This document shows, in pieces, positions 39,169 through 48,979 of a stretch of 64,000 nucleotides of DNA. How positions within the stretch are numbered: position 1 is the first letter of the stretch; the number at the start of each line of letters is the position of its first letter. Both the position numbers and the translations under genes were made by a program. The DNA is from Acidobacteriota bacterium (GTDB lineage: Bacteria > Acidobacteriota > UBA890 > WLXD01): positions 1,408,001 to 1,472,000 of the forward strand of contig CAXWPH010000015.1 of NCBI GenBank assembly GCA_963666055.2. The letters are read 5' to 3'. The notes under the pieces are model-generated. The model saw only the letters and a list, made by a program, of their open reading frames with translations. It did not search any database and had not been told where the DNA came from.

Positions 39169-39477
39169 CAGACCTACAACGACCACGTCCTGGTGATCCG
39201 CTTCACGCCCCGCGACGTCGAGCTCACCGACTGCGAGTTCGTCTGGTTGGTACATCCGGACGCGGTCGAGGGTCGCGACTACGACCCCGACAACGTCAAG
39301 GCCCTCTGGTACGTGACGTTTCTGGAGGATCTCTGGATCGTCGAGAACAACCACATCGGCATCAAGTCGGCCGCCTATCGACCGGGCCGCTACTCGATCT
39401 ACGAGGACGGCGGCGGCGGCGCTGCCGGCTTCGTCAAGTGGTACATGGACGTGGTAGTGCCGTCTGGCGCGGGCTGA
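39169..39477 (+). pseudogene. C-terminal fragment of a Rieske oxygenase alpha subunit (GbcA/choline monooxygenase-like)
   Basis: DHVLVIRFTP...WLVHPDAVEGRDYD...LWYVTFLEDLWIVENNHIGIKSAAYRPGRYS; no Rieske CxH motif and no room upstream. Confidence 0.75.
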
Positions 39478-39507
39478 TACCGCACGGAATCCGCGTCGCG
39501 CGGGTGT

Positions 39508-40437
39508 CTACTTCAGGAACGTGCCGTCGTTGAGGTCGCGGTACGCTTGGGCGAGCTCGGCACGCGTGTTCATGACGATCGGGCCGCGCCAGGCGACCGG
39601 CTCCTGCAGTGGCTTGCCGGACACGAGCAGGAAACGGAGCCCCTCCTCACCCGATTGCACAACGATCTCGTCACCGCGGTCGAAAAGCACCAATGAACGG
39701 TTGTCGGCGTGGACCGCGGGCGTCCCGGTAGCTTCACCCTCGAGCATCGCCTCGCCGTTGTCCACGTCGACCCATTCGGTCGGAGCCGCCAGCGGATCCG
39801 ACGCATTGAGAAACTGTCCGTCCCCGGCGAACACGTAGGCGAACGCGTGGCGCTGCGTTTCCACCGGAATTCGCTTCTTGGTGTTCGGCGGGATCGATAC
39901 GTCGACGTAGTGTGGGTCGGCGGCGATTCCGTCTACCGGACCGGTTGCCCCCCAAACGTTGCCGCAGATCACCCGTACCTTGGTGCCGTCGTCGTCGATC
40001 ACCTCCGGAATGTCGGCGGACTTGATGTCCTGATAACGGGGTGGCGTCATCTTGAGGGCGCGCGGTAAGTTTGCCCACAACTGGAACCCGTGCATGCGCC
40101 CGTCGGCGTCGCCCTTGGGCATCTCCTGGTGGATGATGCCGCTGCCCGCTGTCATCCACTGGACGTCGCCCGGCATGATCGCGCCCTCGTTGCCGAGGCT
40201 GTCGCCGTGATCCACGGTGCCCGCCAACACGTAGGTGATCGTCTCGATGCCACGGTGTGGGTGCCACGGGAATCCCGCAAGGTACTCTTCCGGCACATCG
40301 TTGCGGAAATCGTCGAGCAGCAGAAACGGGTCGAAGTCGTCGGTCTTGCCAAAACCGAAGGCGCGTCGTAGGTGCACACCGGCGCCCTCGATGTGCGGAG
40401 CGGCGCTGACGAGGTTCTTCACGGGCCGTATCGACAT
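39508..40437 (-). CDS. Pirin family protein
   Basis: DPFLLLDDF, GFPWHPHRGIETITY, QWMTAGSGIIHQE and GPIVMNT motifs. Confidence 0.95.
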   Translation of the reverse strand: MSIRPVKNLVSAAPHIEGAGVHLRRAFGFGKTDDFDPFLLLDDFRNDVPEEYLAGFPWHPHRGIETITYVLAGTVDHGDSLGNEGAIMPGDVQWMTAGSGIIHQEMPKGDADGRMHGFQLWANLPRALKMTPPRYQDIKSADIPEVIDDDGTKVRVICGNVWGATGPVDGIAADPHYVDVSIPPNTKKRIPVETQRHAFAYVFAGDGQFLNASDPLAAPTEWVDVDNGEAMLEGEATGTPAVHADNRSLVLFDRGDEIVVQSGEEGLRFLLVSGKPLQEPVAWRGPIVMNTRAELAQAYRDLNDGTFLK

Positions 40438-40554
40438 GTAGCTTCGTTCCTGGTCTATTGAACGGACCCGGACAGCATAACGTTAGCTACGTACGTCGCG
40501 CCCCTCCATCGGTTGGCTGACGCGGGTGAGCACGACAAAGACCAGGAAACCTCA

Positions 40555-41940
40555 ATGCGTGTCCTGCTGATCTCGACCTACGAGCTTGGTCGACAGCCGT
40601 TCGGGCTGGCGTCGCCGGCGGCGTGGGTTGGCGCCACCGGCGCCGATGTGGAGTGCCTCGATCTGGCGCTTCAGGATCTCGACGAGCGGGCGGTTCGCCG
40701 CGCCGATGCCGTCGGCCTCTATCTTCCGATGCATACCGCGACGCGGATCGCCTTGGCGGTGCTGCCCCGGCTGCGCGAGTGGAACTCCGCCGCCAGGCTG
40801 TTTGCCTGGGGACTGTACGCGCCGGTTTGTGCGGCGGAGCTTCGAGGCCAGGGAATCAGCTTCCTCGTAGGCGGAGAGTTCGAGCTCGATCTCGTGGAGT
40901 TCTTGCAGGGCCGCCAAAGCGACGAGTGCAACGATGGTGTGAGGATTTCCCACGATCGCTTGGACTTTCGGCTCCCAGACCGCAGTGACCTACCGCCGCT
41001 GCGGGAGTACGCGCACCTCTGCATGCCCGACGGTAGCGAACGCATCGTCGGTGCCACCGAGGCGTCGCGCGGGTGCAAGCACCTGTGCCGCCACTGCCCT
41101 GTGGTTCCGGTCTATGAGGGCAAGTTTCGCGTCGTCCAGGCCGACGTCGTGTTGGCCGACGTGGCGCAACAGATCGAGGCCGGCGCGCAGCACATCACCT
41201 TCGGGGACCCCGATTTTCTCAACGGCCCCAAGCATGCGATACGCGTCGTGGAGACGTTGCACGAACGATTCCCGGAGGTGACTTACGACGTCACCGTCAA
41301 GATCGAGCACATCCTCGACAACCGGGAATGCCTGCCGACGTTGCGCGACACCGGCTGCGTTCTGGTGACGAGTGCGGTCGAGTCGGTCGACGACGCCATC
41401 CTGTGGATCCTCGACAAAGGTCACACTCGTGACGATTTCGTGCGCGCGGTTGAGCTATGTAGGAACGTGGGACTGGATCTGCAGCCGACGTTCGTGCCGT
41501 TCAATCCCTGGACCAGCCTCGAGGGCTATGCCGAGCTGTTGGCGAGTCTGGTGGAGCTTGGTCTTGTGGGCCAGGTAACGCCGATCCAGCTGGCGATCCG
41601 CTTGCTGATTCCGCGTGGGTCGAGGCTCATGGAGCTCCCCGAGGTCGCGTCGGACGTGGGCCCCTACGACGAGGCGATGCTGGGTTACCCGTGGGCGCAC
41701 GCCGACCCTCGCGTCGATGCCCTGCAGCTTCAGATTGAGCGGTTGGTCGCGCAGGCGGCGGCCGCCGGTCGGGAGCGCGGCAGCACGTTCGCGCAGGTAT
41801 GGGAAGCGACGCGTGCGGCGGATCCCGCCACGCGCCTTCCGGAGCTCCCGGACGTCCCGGCACGAGCCACGATCCCCTATCTCACCGAGCCGTGGTACTG
41901 CTGAGCGGAGCCCACCGCGGAGCAGTTGGCTCCGTACTAG
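40555..41940 (+). CDS. CUAEP-tail radical SAM selenoprotein (UGA 41902-41904 read as Sec)
   Basis: STYELGRQPFGLASP N-terminus; CKHLCRHC motif; tail PYLTEPWYC-UGA-AEPTAEQLAPY-TAG. Confidence 0.85.
41917..41935 (+). promoter_or_regulatory. Putative bacterial SECIS hairpin
   Basis: GCGGAGC-AGTTG-GCTCCGT, a 7-bp stem starting 12 nt after the UGA, with GU in the apical loop. Confidence 0.65.
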
Positions 41941-42090
41941 TGGTCTGTAACAGATGATCAACCATCGCTGGGGCGCACGAACTGCAGCCGCAAGTGGGTT
42001 TCCAACGCCTCCGAAACGGCGCGCAATGTGGCCATGGTGGGATTCGATCGCTGCGGGTCTTCGAGCCGTTGCACTTGCTGCAGCTCCGCT

Positions 42091-43422
42091 CTACTGCTGC
42101 AGCTCCGCGGCCACTCGCTCCACCTGGCGCAGCGCTCGCAACAGGTTCAGCCCGACGATCTTGCTGACCTCCTCGTCGCTGTGTCCGCGGCGCAACAGCT
42201 CGGCGACCAGGTGCGGATAGCGGGTCACGTCCTCGAGCCCTACGACCATCGAAGGCGTGCCGCTGTCATAGAAGTCCGAGCCGATGCCGACGTTGTCGAT
42301 ACCGGCCACCTCGATGATGTGTTCGATGTGGTCGGCCACATCGAAAAGGGTTCCGCGCGGGGCCGGGTTGGCCTCTGCCCATAGCTCGAGCCGGCGGGCG
42401 ATCTCGGCGTCGTCGTCGAGCTCGGCGCGCAGGCGCTCGAGCATGTCGTGGCTGCGAACTGCCCACAGCGGCTCGACGCCCGTCAGCATGCTGATCATCG
42501 TTTCGCGCATCGTGTCGGCACCGTAGGTGCGGTCCCACTCCGCCCGCGTCGGCGCCACGTACCCGGCGATGAAGTTCACCATCACCACGCCGCCGTTGGC
42601 GGCAACCAGGCGCAGGATGTCGTCGGGCACGTTGCGCCGGTGTGGGTTCACACCCCGGGCGCTGGAGTGCGAGTACAGCACCGGGGCGCGGCTTACCCGG
42701 AGAGCGTCGCGCATGGTGTCGTCGCTGACGTGCGACAGGTCGACGAACATGCCGAGCCGGTTCATCTCGCGCACCACACGCTCTCCGAACTCGGTGAGTC
42801 CACCGTGCAGCGGCATGTCGGTTGCCGAGTCGGCCCAGTCGGTGCTGCGAAAGTGCGTCAACGTCATGTAGCGGGCGCCGAGCTCGTAGAACAGGCGCAA
42901 CGCTGCAAGCTGGTTGTTGATCATATGGCCGCCTTCGATGCCGATCATCGAGGCAATGCGCCCGGCGGCGAAGATGCGCTCGACGTCGTCGGCGGTATCG
43001 GCGAACTCGAAGTCGTCGTAGGCGGCGACGAACTGTCGTACCACATCGATCGCGGTCAGCGCCGTCTCCAGCTCGGTGTCGGTCCACATGGTGGCCGACT
43101 CGGAGAACGCGGCCCAGAATTGACCGCCGACCATTCCCTCGCGTAGCCGCGGGAGATCGGCCGCCAGCATCGCTTGGCGCTGGTTCAGATCGACGCGCGA
43201 CGGCTCCGAGTCGTGCTGCAAGGTGATCGTGTAGGCGAGGTCGTTGTGCCCGTCGATCAACGGTACCCGTGCGAGGATCTCGCGGGCGCGCGTCAGGTAC
43301 TCGTCTTCTTGTGCCTGGGGGCCCGGCGCGGCGGCCAGTGCACCCGCCGTCAGCAGGAGCGCCGCGGTGATGGTGAGCACGCGGGGTGAGCAAATCGGCT
43401 CGAAACGGCGCCTGTTCCTCAT
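42091..43422 (-). CDS. M19 membrane dipeptidase family, exported
   Basis: LIDGHNDL, GIEGGH, YMTLTH, VDLSHVS, SHSSAR..HRRNVPD and GIGSDF motifs. Confidence 0.92.
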   Translation of the reverse strand: MRNRRRFEPICSPRVLTITAALLLTAGALAAAPGPQAQEDEYLTRAREILARVPLIDGHNDLAYTITLQHDSEPSRVDLNQRQAMLAADLPRLREGMVGGQFWAAFSESATMWTDTELETALTAIDVVRQFVAAYDDFEFADTADDVERIFAAGRIASMIGIEGGHMINNQLAALRLFYELGARYMTLTHFRSTDWADSATDMPLHGGLTEFGERVVREMNRLGMFVDLSHVSDDTMRDALRVSRAPVLYSHSSARGVNPHRRNVPDDILRLVAANGGVVMVNFIAGYVAPTRAEWDRTYGADTMRETMISMLTGVEPLWAVRSHDMLERLRAELDDDAEIARRLELWAEANPAPRGTLFDVADHIEHIIEVAGIDNVGIGSDFYDSGTPSMVVGLEDVTRYPHLVAELLRRGHSDEEVSKIVGLNLLRALRQVERVAAELQQ

Positions 43423-43533
43423 CGTCACCAAGCCTCCTGATCGCAGTCGCGTTGGAACTATATGGCGTCGAGAGAGTATCGTTTCAGCGGTCAACTATCT
43501 GTAGCGCCAATTGTTCTCAGTGGAGGTTTCAAC

Positions 43534-44850
43534 ATGTCGCGTCGAGTCGCCGCCCTGTTCGTCATCACTTTCTTCATCGCGGTGACCTCGGCAGGTGCCG
43601 TCGCACAACAGTGGAGTCCGCACAAGCCGGGCAGCGACAACATCGAGGTGGTGTCGCACCTGCCGCTCGGCCCGGCGCTCAGCACTGCCGACATCGAGAT
43701 CGAGCAGGAGCTGTCGCGACCGTACGCCTACGTGGCTCGCGAGATTTTCGGTGAGTTCGGTGAAAAAGGCTTGGACGTGATCGATCTCACCGATCCGGCC
43801 GATCCCAAGCGGATTCACGAATGGCGCATCGAGGACCAGGATCTGCATGCCGGTGCCGGCGGCAAAGACGTCAAGTACTTCATGTGGGAGGGTCGCTACT
43901 ACGTCGTGCTTTCCGTTCAATTCTCTCAGGGCGGACCGAACCCCGACCTCGGCGCGATCATTTTCGACGTGACCGACCTGCCGGAGAAGATCGTCGAGGT
44001 GGCACGCATCCGCGAGCCGGAGATCGTTGGCGGATTCCACAATATCTTTATTTATGCGCACAGCAACGGTCGCCCGCTGCTGTTCACGACCCTGGCGGGA
44101 CCCGGCGCCGGCGTCTATGACCTGGTGCATGTGCTCAACGGACACATGGACGATGCGCGCGTCGCCAACGTACCCGTCGGAACTGGCGCGGATGGCGATC
44201 GTGGCTACCGCGGCTACCACGACTTCTACGTTGGCTGGCACGAGGACACCCAGACCGATCGTTTCTACGGCGGCGGCACTGACGGGTATTACATCTACGA
44301 CGTCACCAACCTCGAGGCCCCCGAGCTCCTGATATCGCTCACCGGCATTTCCGGGGTGCAATACGGTCACACGTTCACACCCACACCGGACGGTCGCTAC
44401 GTGATCGCCGAGACCGAGTACCAATACGCCCCGCTGCGGATCTTCGACCTGCAGCCGGCGCTCGATGGCGAGGTGCAGAACATCCGCAGTCCGATCGGCG
44501 CGTGGACAGCCGACTGGCGCCACCTGGTACACAACCACGAGGTGCGCTGGCCCTACGTGTTCGTCTCCGGTTACCTGGATGGGCTGCAGGTGTTCAGCAT
44601 GATGGACCCGGCCAACCCGGTGACGGTCGCTTACTACGATACCTATCTGGGGCCGCCGAACCCCGGCGGTGGCACCGGCGCGATGTTCAACGGTGCCTGG
44701 GGCATCGACGTGCGCAACGAGGACGGTCTCATCGTCATCAGCGACATGACGACCGGTTTCTGGGCCTTCAGGATGGATGGCTTCAACGGTTGGAACGGCG
44801 CCGACTGGGGCATGCCCGAGACCTCTAGCGCGCAGGTGTGGACACGCTAG
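43534..44850 (+). CDS. Exported LVIVD-repeat beta-propeller protein
   Basis: GLDVIDLTDPADP, YIYDVTN and GLQVFSMMDPANP repeats; His-containing HN/HD/HT turns; GGAGG RBS. Confidence 0.78.
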   Translation: MSRRVAALFVITFFIAVTSAGAVAQQWSPHKPGSDNIEVVSHLPLGPALSTADIEIEQELSRPYAYVAREIFGEFGEKGLDVIDLTDPADPKRIHEWRIEDQDLHAGAGGKDVKYFMWEGRYYVVLSVQFSQGGPNPDLGAIIFDVTDLPEKIVEVARIREPEIVGGFHNIFIYAHSNGRPLLFTTLAGPGAGVYDLVHVLNGHMDDARVANVPVGTGADGDRGYRGYHDFYVGWHEDTQTDRFYGGGTDGYYIYDVTNLEAPELLISLTGISGVQYGHTFTPTPDGRYVIAETEYQYAPLRIFDLQPALDGEVQNIRSPIGAWTADWRHLVHNHEVRWPYVFVSGYLDGLQVFSMMDPANPVTVAYYDTYLGPPNPGGGTGAMFNGAWGIDVRNEDGLIVISDMTTGFWAFRMDGFNGWNGADWGMPETSSAQVWTR

Positions 44851-44897
44851 CGCCGCACGCCGGCCGAAGCCGAGATTCTGCCGGAGCGGCGACAACC

Positions 44898-45830
44898 ATG
44901 ATGCCTAGCGTCGGACGACTCTCGACGCTGATCATCGGCCTGGTGAGCGGCGCCGCTGTTTTAGGCGCCACACCGGTCACCAGCCCGACCTCCACGTTCG
45001 AGCGACTGTACTCGGACGACAGCCCGTTCAACCAGAAGATCGCGACGAACCCGCCCATCGACCCGGCTTCGGCGCACATGATCGGCAGCCTGGTGCGAGC
45101 GGGCCGCAAGCAGGGGTTCCTGATCGCGCTCAAGCGCTGGACGATTCCGATCTACTACGCCAGCGCCAACACTCCGCGATACCGCGTTCGGATGACCGCC
45201 AAGTGGGCGCCGGCGAACTGGTTCCAGGGTGTGCCTATTCCCGACAACGCGGCGCCAGACCCGGCGGGCGACGGGGACATGGTCATCATCGATAACGAAG
45301 CCGGGTGTGAGTGCGACTTCTGGCAGGCGAAGAAGAGCAACGGCGCGTGGCAGGCGAGCTGGGGAAACAGCTTGCGAACCGACGGAGATGGCATCTTCCC
45401 GCGCGGGCTTTCGGCGCGCGGCTCCGGGTTCGCGTTCCCCGCCGGGATGATCTTCCCCGACGAGCTCGTCGACGGCCGAATCGATCACGCGCTGCAATTC
45501 AGCTACAACTACCCCAGGCGCGGCAATCCGGTGGATCCGACGCTCGATCTCGATTCACTCGGCCTCACTCGCTACGAGCGCATCATCGCCGAGGCGCTGC
45601 AGCAGTACGGCATGATTCTCGCCGACAATGGCGGCGGCGTGGAGTTGCAGGCCGTGCATCCGATGAGCTACGACGACGATGTCTATGCCGACGTCCTGCC
45701 GGATCGGCGCTACGTGTTCTTGAACAACATTCCGCTCGATCGATTCGAAGTGCTGAAGCTGCCGCCGGAGACCAACTTCGAGAACGCCATCGTGCCCTCG
45801 GGCTGCGGCAAGCTGACGCGTCGGCGGTAG
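44898..45830 (+). CDS. Secreted hypothetical protein (possible internal in-frame deletion)
   Basis: DSPFNQKI, VPIPDNAAPD..GDGDMVII, GRIDHALQF and ALQQYGMILADNGG motifs. Confidence 0.7.
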   Translation: MMPSVGRLSTLIIGLVSGAAVLGATPVTSPTSTFERLYSDDSPFNQKIATNPPIDPASAHMIGSLVRAGRKQGFLIALKRWTIPIYYASANTPRYRVRMTAKWAPANWFQGVPIPDNAAPDPAGDGDMVIIDNEAGCECDFWQAKKSNGAWQASWGNSLRTDGDGIFPRGLSARGSGFAFPAGMIFPDELVDGRIDHALQFSYNYPRRGNPVDPTLDLDSLGLTRYERIIAEALQQYGMILADNGGGVELQAVHPMSYDDDVYADVLPDRRYVFLNNIPLDRFEVLKLPPETNFENAIVPSGCGKLTRRR

Positions 45831-45861
45831 CGTCGCAAGCGCGTCCAAATACGGAGAGCAG

Positions 45862-47439
45862 ATGCAGGTTCCGTTGCTGGTCAACGACTTTTTGTCGCGC
45901 CCGGCGCTCCTGTATCCCGACAAGACAGCGGTAGTCGACGGTGAGCGGCGCCTCTCGTATCGTGATCTTCAGGTGCGTGCCAACCGGCTATCCAACGCGC
46001 TCGTCGAGCTTGGCGTTGGCAAGGGCGACCGGGTCTGCATGCTCAGCCCCAACTCGCACTTCTTTCTGGAGAGCTTCTACGGCACCAGTCAGATCGGTGC
46101 GGTGCTGGTGCCGCTGAACTATCGCCTGATGGCTGCCGATCATCAGTACATCCTCAACCACGCGGGTGTGAAGGTAGTGCTTGTCGACCACGAGTACGTC
46201 GAGTTGGTCGACGGAATTCGACCGCGATTGCCGACCGTCGAGCATTGGATCGTGGCGCAGGACGAGGGCGACACGCCGGCGGGGTGGGCTGATTGGGAGG
46301 CGATGATCGCCACCGCCAGCGACGCATCGCCGGCGGGGCCCGAGCTCGACGAGAACGACCTGGTGTCGATCAACTACACGTCCGGTACCACGGCCCGCCC
46401 GAAGGGTGTGATGTTGACGCACCGCAGCCTGTACTTGAACGCCTACAGCATGATCGCTCACCTGGGTATCGGCCACGACGACGTCGAGCTCTGGACGCTG
46501 CCGATGTTCCATTGCAATGGTTGGGGCGCCGTTTATGCGCTCACCGGAATGGGTGGTACCCACGTGGTGCTGCGCGCCATCGATGCCGAGCGGATCTTCA
46601 GCTTGATCGCTGGGGAAGGGGTGACCTTCGCCTGCATGGCGCCGGCAGTGCTGAACGCGATCCTGGAGTACCCCGACGCCGCCCGGCACGAGATCGGCAC
46701 CAAGCCGCGCTTCGTGGTTGCGGGAGCCCCGCCCCCGGCGGCGTTCATCGAGCGCCTCGAGCAGGAGCTCGGCTGGGAGTTCATGCAGATCTACGGGCTC
46801 ACCGAGACGTCGCCCTACCTGACCGGCAACTTCGTGAGCCATGGCACCGCCCAGGACGACTATGATCGCCGCTCGCGTGTCGGTGTGCCGGGGCTCGGGG
46901 TGGACATCGTGCTGCTCGACGACGACGGCAAAAAGGTACCGCGCGACAACGCCACCGTCGGTGAGATCTGCGCCCGCTCCAATGTAGTCTTCGAAGGTTA
47001 CTGGGAGCAGCCAGAGGAGACCGAGAAGGCGATCCGCGACGGCTACTTCCATACCGGCGACCTGGCCATCTGGGACGAGGTCGGCAACGTGAGCATTGTC
47101 GACCGCAAGAAAGACGTCATCATTTCAGGCGGCGAGAACATCAGCTCCGCCGAGGTCGAGGACGCCCTCTATCAGCATCCCGCTGTGCTGGAGTGCGCCG
47201 TCATCGGCGTACCGCACGAGAAGTGGGGTGAGACGCCGATGGCGCTCGTCGTCCTGCGTGAGGGCGAGACGGCCGATGAAGATACTCTGCTCGCGTTTTG
47301 CCGTCAGCATCTGGCGCACTTCAAGTGCCCTAGCTCGGTGCGCCTCATCGATGCGCTGCCGCGGACCGCGACGGGAAAGCTCCAGAAGTTCCGCTTGCGC
47401 GAGAAGTACTGGCAGGGTCAGGAACGCCGAGTGAACTGA
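45862..47439 (+). CDS. AMP-dependent acyl-CoA synthetase
   Basis: YTSGTTARPKG, LPMFHCNGW, YGLTET, FHTGD, DRKKDVIISGGENISS and PRTATGK motifs. Confidence 0.93.
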   Translation: MQVPLLVNDFLSRPALLYPDKTAVVDGERRLSYRDLQVRANRLSNALVELGVGKGDRVCMLSPNSHFFLESFYGTSQIGAVLVPLNYRLMAADHQYILNHAGVKVVLVDHEYVELVDGIRPRLPTVEHWIVAQDEGDTPAGWADWEAMIATASDASPAGPELDENDLVSINYTSGTTARPKGVMLTHRSLYLNAYSMIAHLGIGHDDVELWTLPMFHCNGWGAVYALTGMGGTHVVLRAIDAERIFSLIAGEGVTFACMAPAVLNAILEYPDAARHEIGTKPRFVVAGAPPPAAFIERLEQELGWEFMQIYGLTETSPYLTGNFVSHGTAQDDYDRRSRVGVPGLGVDIVLLDDDGKKVPRDNATVGEICARSNVVFEGYWEQPEETEKAIRDGYFHTGDLAIWDEVGNVSIVDRKKDVIISGGENISSAEVEDALYQHPAVLECAVIGVPHEKWGETPMALVVLREGETADEDTLLAFCRQHLAHFKCPSSVRLIDALPRTATGKLQKFRLREKYWQGQERRVN

Positions 47440-47530
47440 GGCATGGCCCCACCATGAGCCGCCGCGTGCACTGCCGCGCGACATGATCCGGCGTGCGGAT
47501 CTCGTCTATGATATGCCAGTTACCACAAAA

Positions 47531-47558
47531 AATGTCATGAAATCTATTTCGTGACATT
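47531..47558. promoter_or_regulatory. Inverted repeat, putative VapBC autoregulatory operator
   Basis: AATGTCATGAAAT-CT-ATTTCGTGACATT (one mismatch) in an AT-rich stretch upstream of the antitoxin. Confidence 0.6.
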
Positions 47559-47577
47559 CTTGATATATCATGGGAAT

Positions 47578-47874
47578 ATGAGCGACTCGGTTACGATGAT
47601 CGGAAAGGGTGGCCGCGTGGTCATCCCTTCAAGACATCGGAAGGCGCTGGGAATCGAAGAGGGGCAACAGGTCATCGTGAGCCTCGATCGTGACGGAATC
47701 TGGATCAGAACTCCCGAGCAAGCAGTGGCACACGCTCAGAGGTTGGTGCGTGAGCATGTTGGCAACGGCAAGAGTCTTGTCGACGAGTTGCTCCGTGAGC
47801 GTCGCCGCGAGGTGCTTGGTGACGATGCGTCAGACGCCCCGCGCTCGCGGTCGGGCAACTCGCGTCGGCGATGA
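47578..47874 (+). CDS. vapB: AbrB/MazE/SpoVT-type antitoxin (VapB)
   Basis: GKGGRVVIPSRHRKALGIEEGQ and SLVDELLRERRRE; ATGA overlap with the PIN gene. Confidence 0.85.
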   Translation: MSDSVTMIGKGGRVVIPSRHRKALGIEEGQQVIVSLDRDGIWIRTPEQAVAHAQRLVREHVGNGKSLVDELLRERRREVLGDDASDAPRSRSGNSRRR

Positions 47875-48254
47875 GCTCGCCGGTCTTGGACGCCTCGGCG
47901 GTGCTCGCGTTGCTCAATGGCGAATCGGGCGCTCCGGAGGTGGCGGCAGCTCTTCCCGGAGCGATGATGTCGGCGGTGAATCTCGCCGAGGTCGCGGGGA
48001 AGCTGGTCGATCATGGGATGGAGGAGGGCGAGGTGCGGGCGGCCCTGGCCGGGCTGGCGCTCCGGATCGTGACCTTCGACGAGGTGCGCGCGTATCGAGT
48101 GGGCGCTCTGCGGCGCGAAACGCGGCACGTCGGACTGGCGCTGGGCGATCGCGCTTGCCTCGCTGCGGGCCGGGAGATGGAACGGACCGTTCTGACGGCG
48201 GACCGGCGCTGGGCTGAGCTGGATCTCGGGATCGACATCCGGGTGATCCGCTAG
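47871..48254 (+). CDS. vapC: PIN-domain toxin (VapC)
   Basis: VLDASAVLALLNGE, VNLAEV, LALGDRACLA and VLTADRRW motifs. Confidence 0.9.
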   Translation: MSSPVLDASAVLALLNGESGAPEVAAALPGAMMSAVNLAEVAGKLVDHGMEEGEVRAALAGLALRIVTFDEVRAYRVGALRRETRHVGLALGDRACLAAGREMERTVLTADRRWAELDLGIDIRVIR

Positions 48255-48282
48255 CGCGAATCCCGGCTCTGCAACCGGAGCT

Positions 48283-48324
48283 GGGGCTGGGCGCTGGGGC
48301 GGGCGCGGGGCGATGGGCGCTGGG
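48283..48324 (+). repeat. G-tract array (potential G-quadruplex)
   Basis: GGGGctGGGcgctGGGGcGGGcgcGGGGcgatGGGcgctGGG: seven G3-4 runs with 1-4 nt loops. Confidence 0.6.
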
Positions 48325-48331
48325 CGATCGA

Positions 48332-48838
48332 CTATCGACGCTCACGCTCGGCGGATCGCTCTGACTCTTCGAGGTCGATCAGCCGCTCCTCGATCCCGAC
48401 GTCTCTCGCCACCGGCCGCCCGAGCACACGCTGCTCCATTGACTCCAGCGCGCGCACCGCAAGGCGGTCGCGCACCCGCTCCAGGTGGGCAGTGCTCTCG
48501 TGGTCCGGGTACAGCCTCGGCTCGAGGCTGTCGAGGGCGCTCTCCGCAGCCCAGCGCTGGTCTCGCCAGCGCAGCCACAGATCGCGGCCGGCGGCGGCGA
48601 GCACGAGCGTCAACGCCGCGAACAGCCACACGGTGACCGCTAGCGCGATGTTGATCGCGCCGCCGCCGATGGCGGCTCGGGTCACCGACCACACGATGCG
48701 AACACCGGAGAGCGTGGCGTAGAGAACGATGGCAATGGCGATGATGCCCCAGGCGACGAACGTCGCCATCAGCACCCAGGCGGTCCGGGTGCCGGCCTCG
48801 GCCAGATAGCGTTCGACCAGACGTCTCAGGGCCATCAT
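48332..48838 (-). CDS. Hypothetical membrane protein (2 TM plus charged helical tail)
   Basis: Two hydrophobic segments; the only protein-like ORF in the gap. Confidence 0.55.
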   Translation of the reverse strand: MMALRRLVERYLAEAGTRTAWVLMATFVAWGIIAIAIVLYATLSGVRIVWSVTRAAIGGGAINIALAVTVWLFAALTLVLAAAGRDLWLRWRDQRWAAESALDSLEPRLYPDHESTAHLERVRDRLAVRALESMEQRVLGRPVARDVGIEERLIDLEESERSAERERR

Positions 48839-48979
48839 CGCCGCGGTACTTTGAGCCGCCGCCTCCGTGGGAACAAGCCCGAAGTCGAATCACCGGTGGA
48901 ATGAGACTCCGCTGGCCGTTGTCCAAGAGAGTGAGTCCCCACCGACCGACCGCGAGAGCAGGACACCAAGGAGGACGGC

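Noticed and set aside
41937-42090. Intergenic region with weak long-range complementarity and a CTAGTGGTCTGTAA start, as a possible ncRNA or IS end
   Set aside because: Pairing is imperfect, I recognise no RNA family, and there is no second copy in the window.
47560-47571. TGATATATCAT shared between the vapBC promoter and the PadR operator centre
   Set aside because: It lacks the flanking TATCA-N5-TGATA boxes and is explicable as a -10-like AT-rich element.
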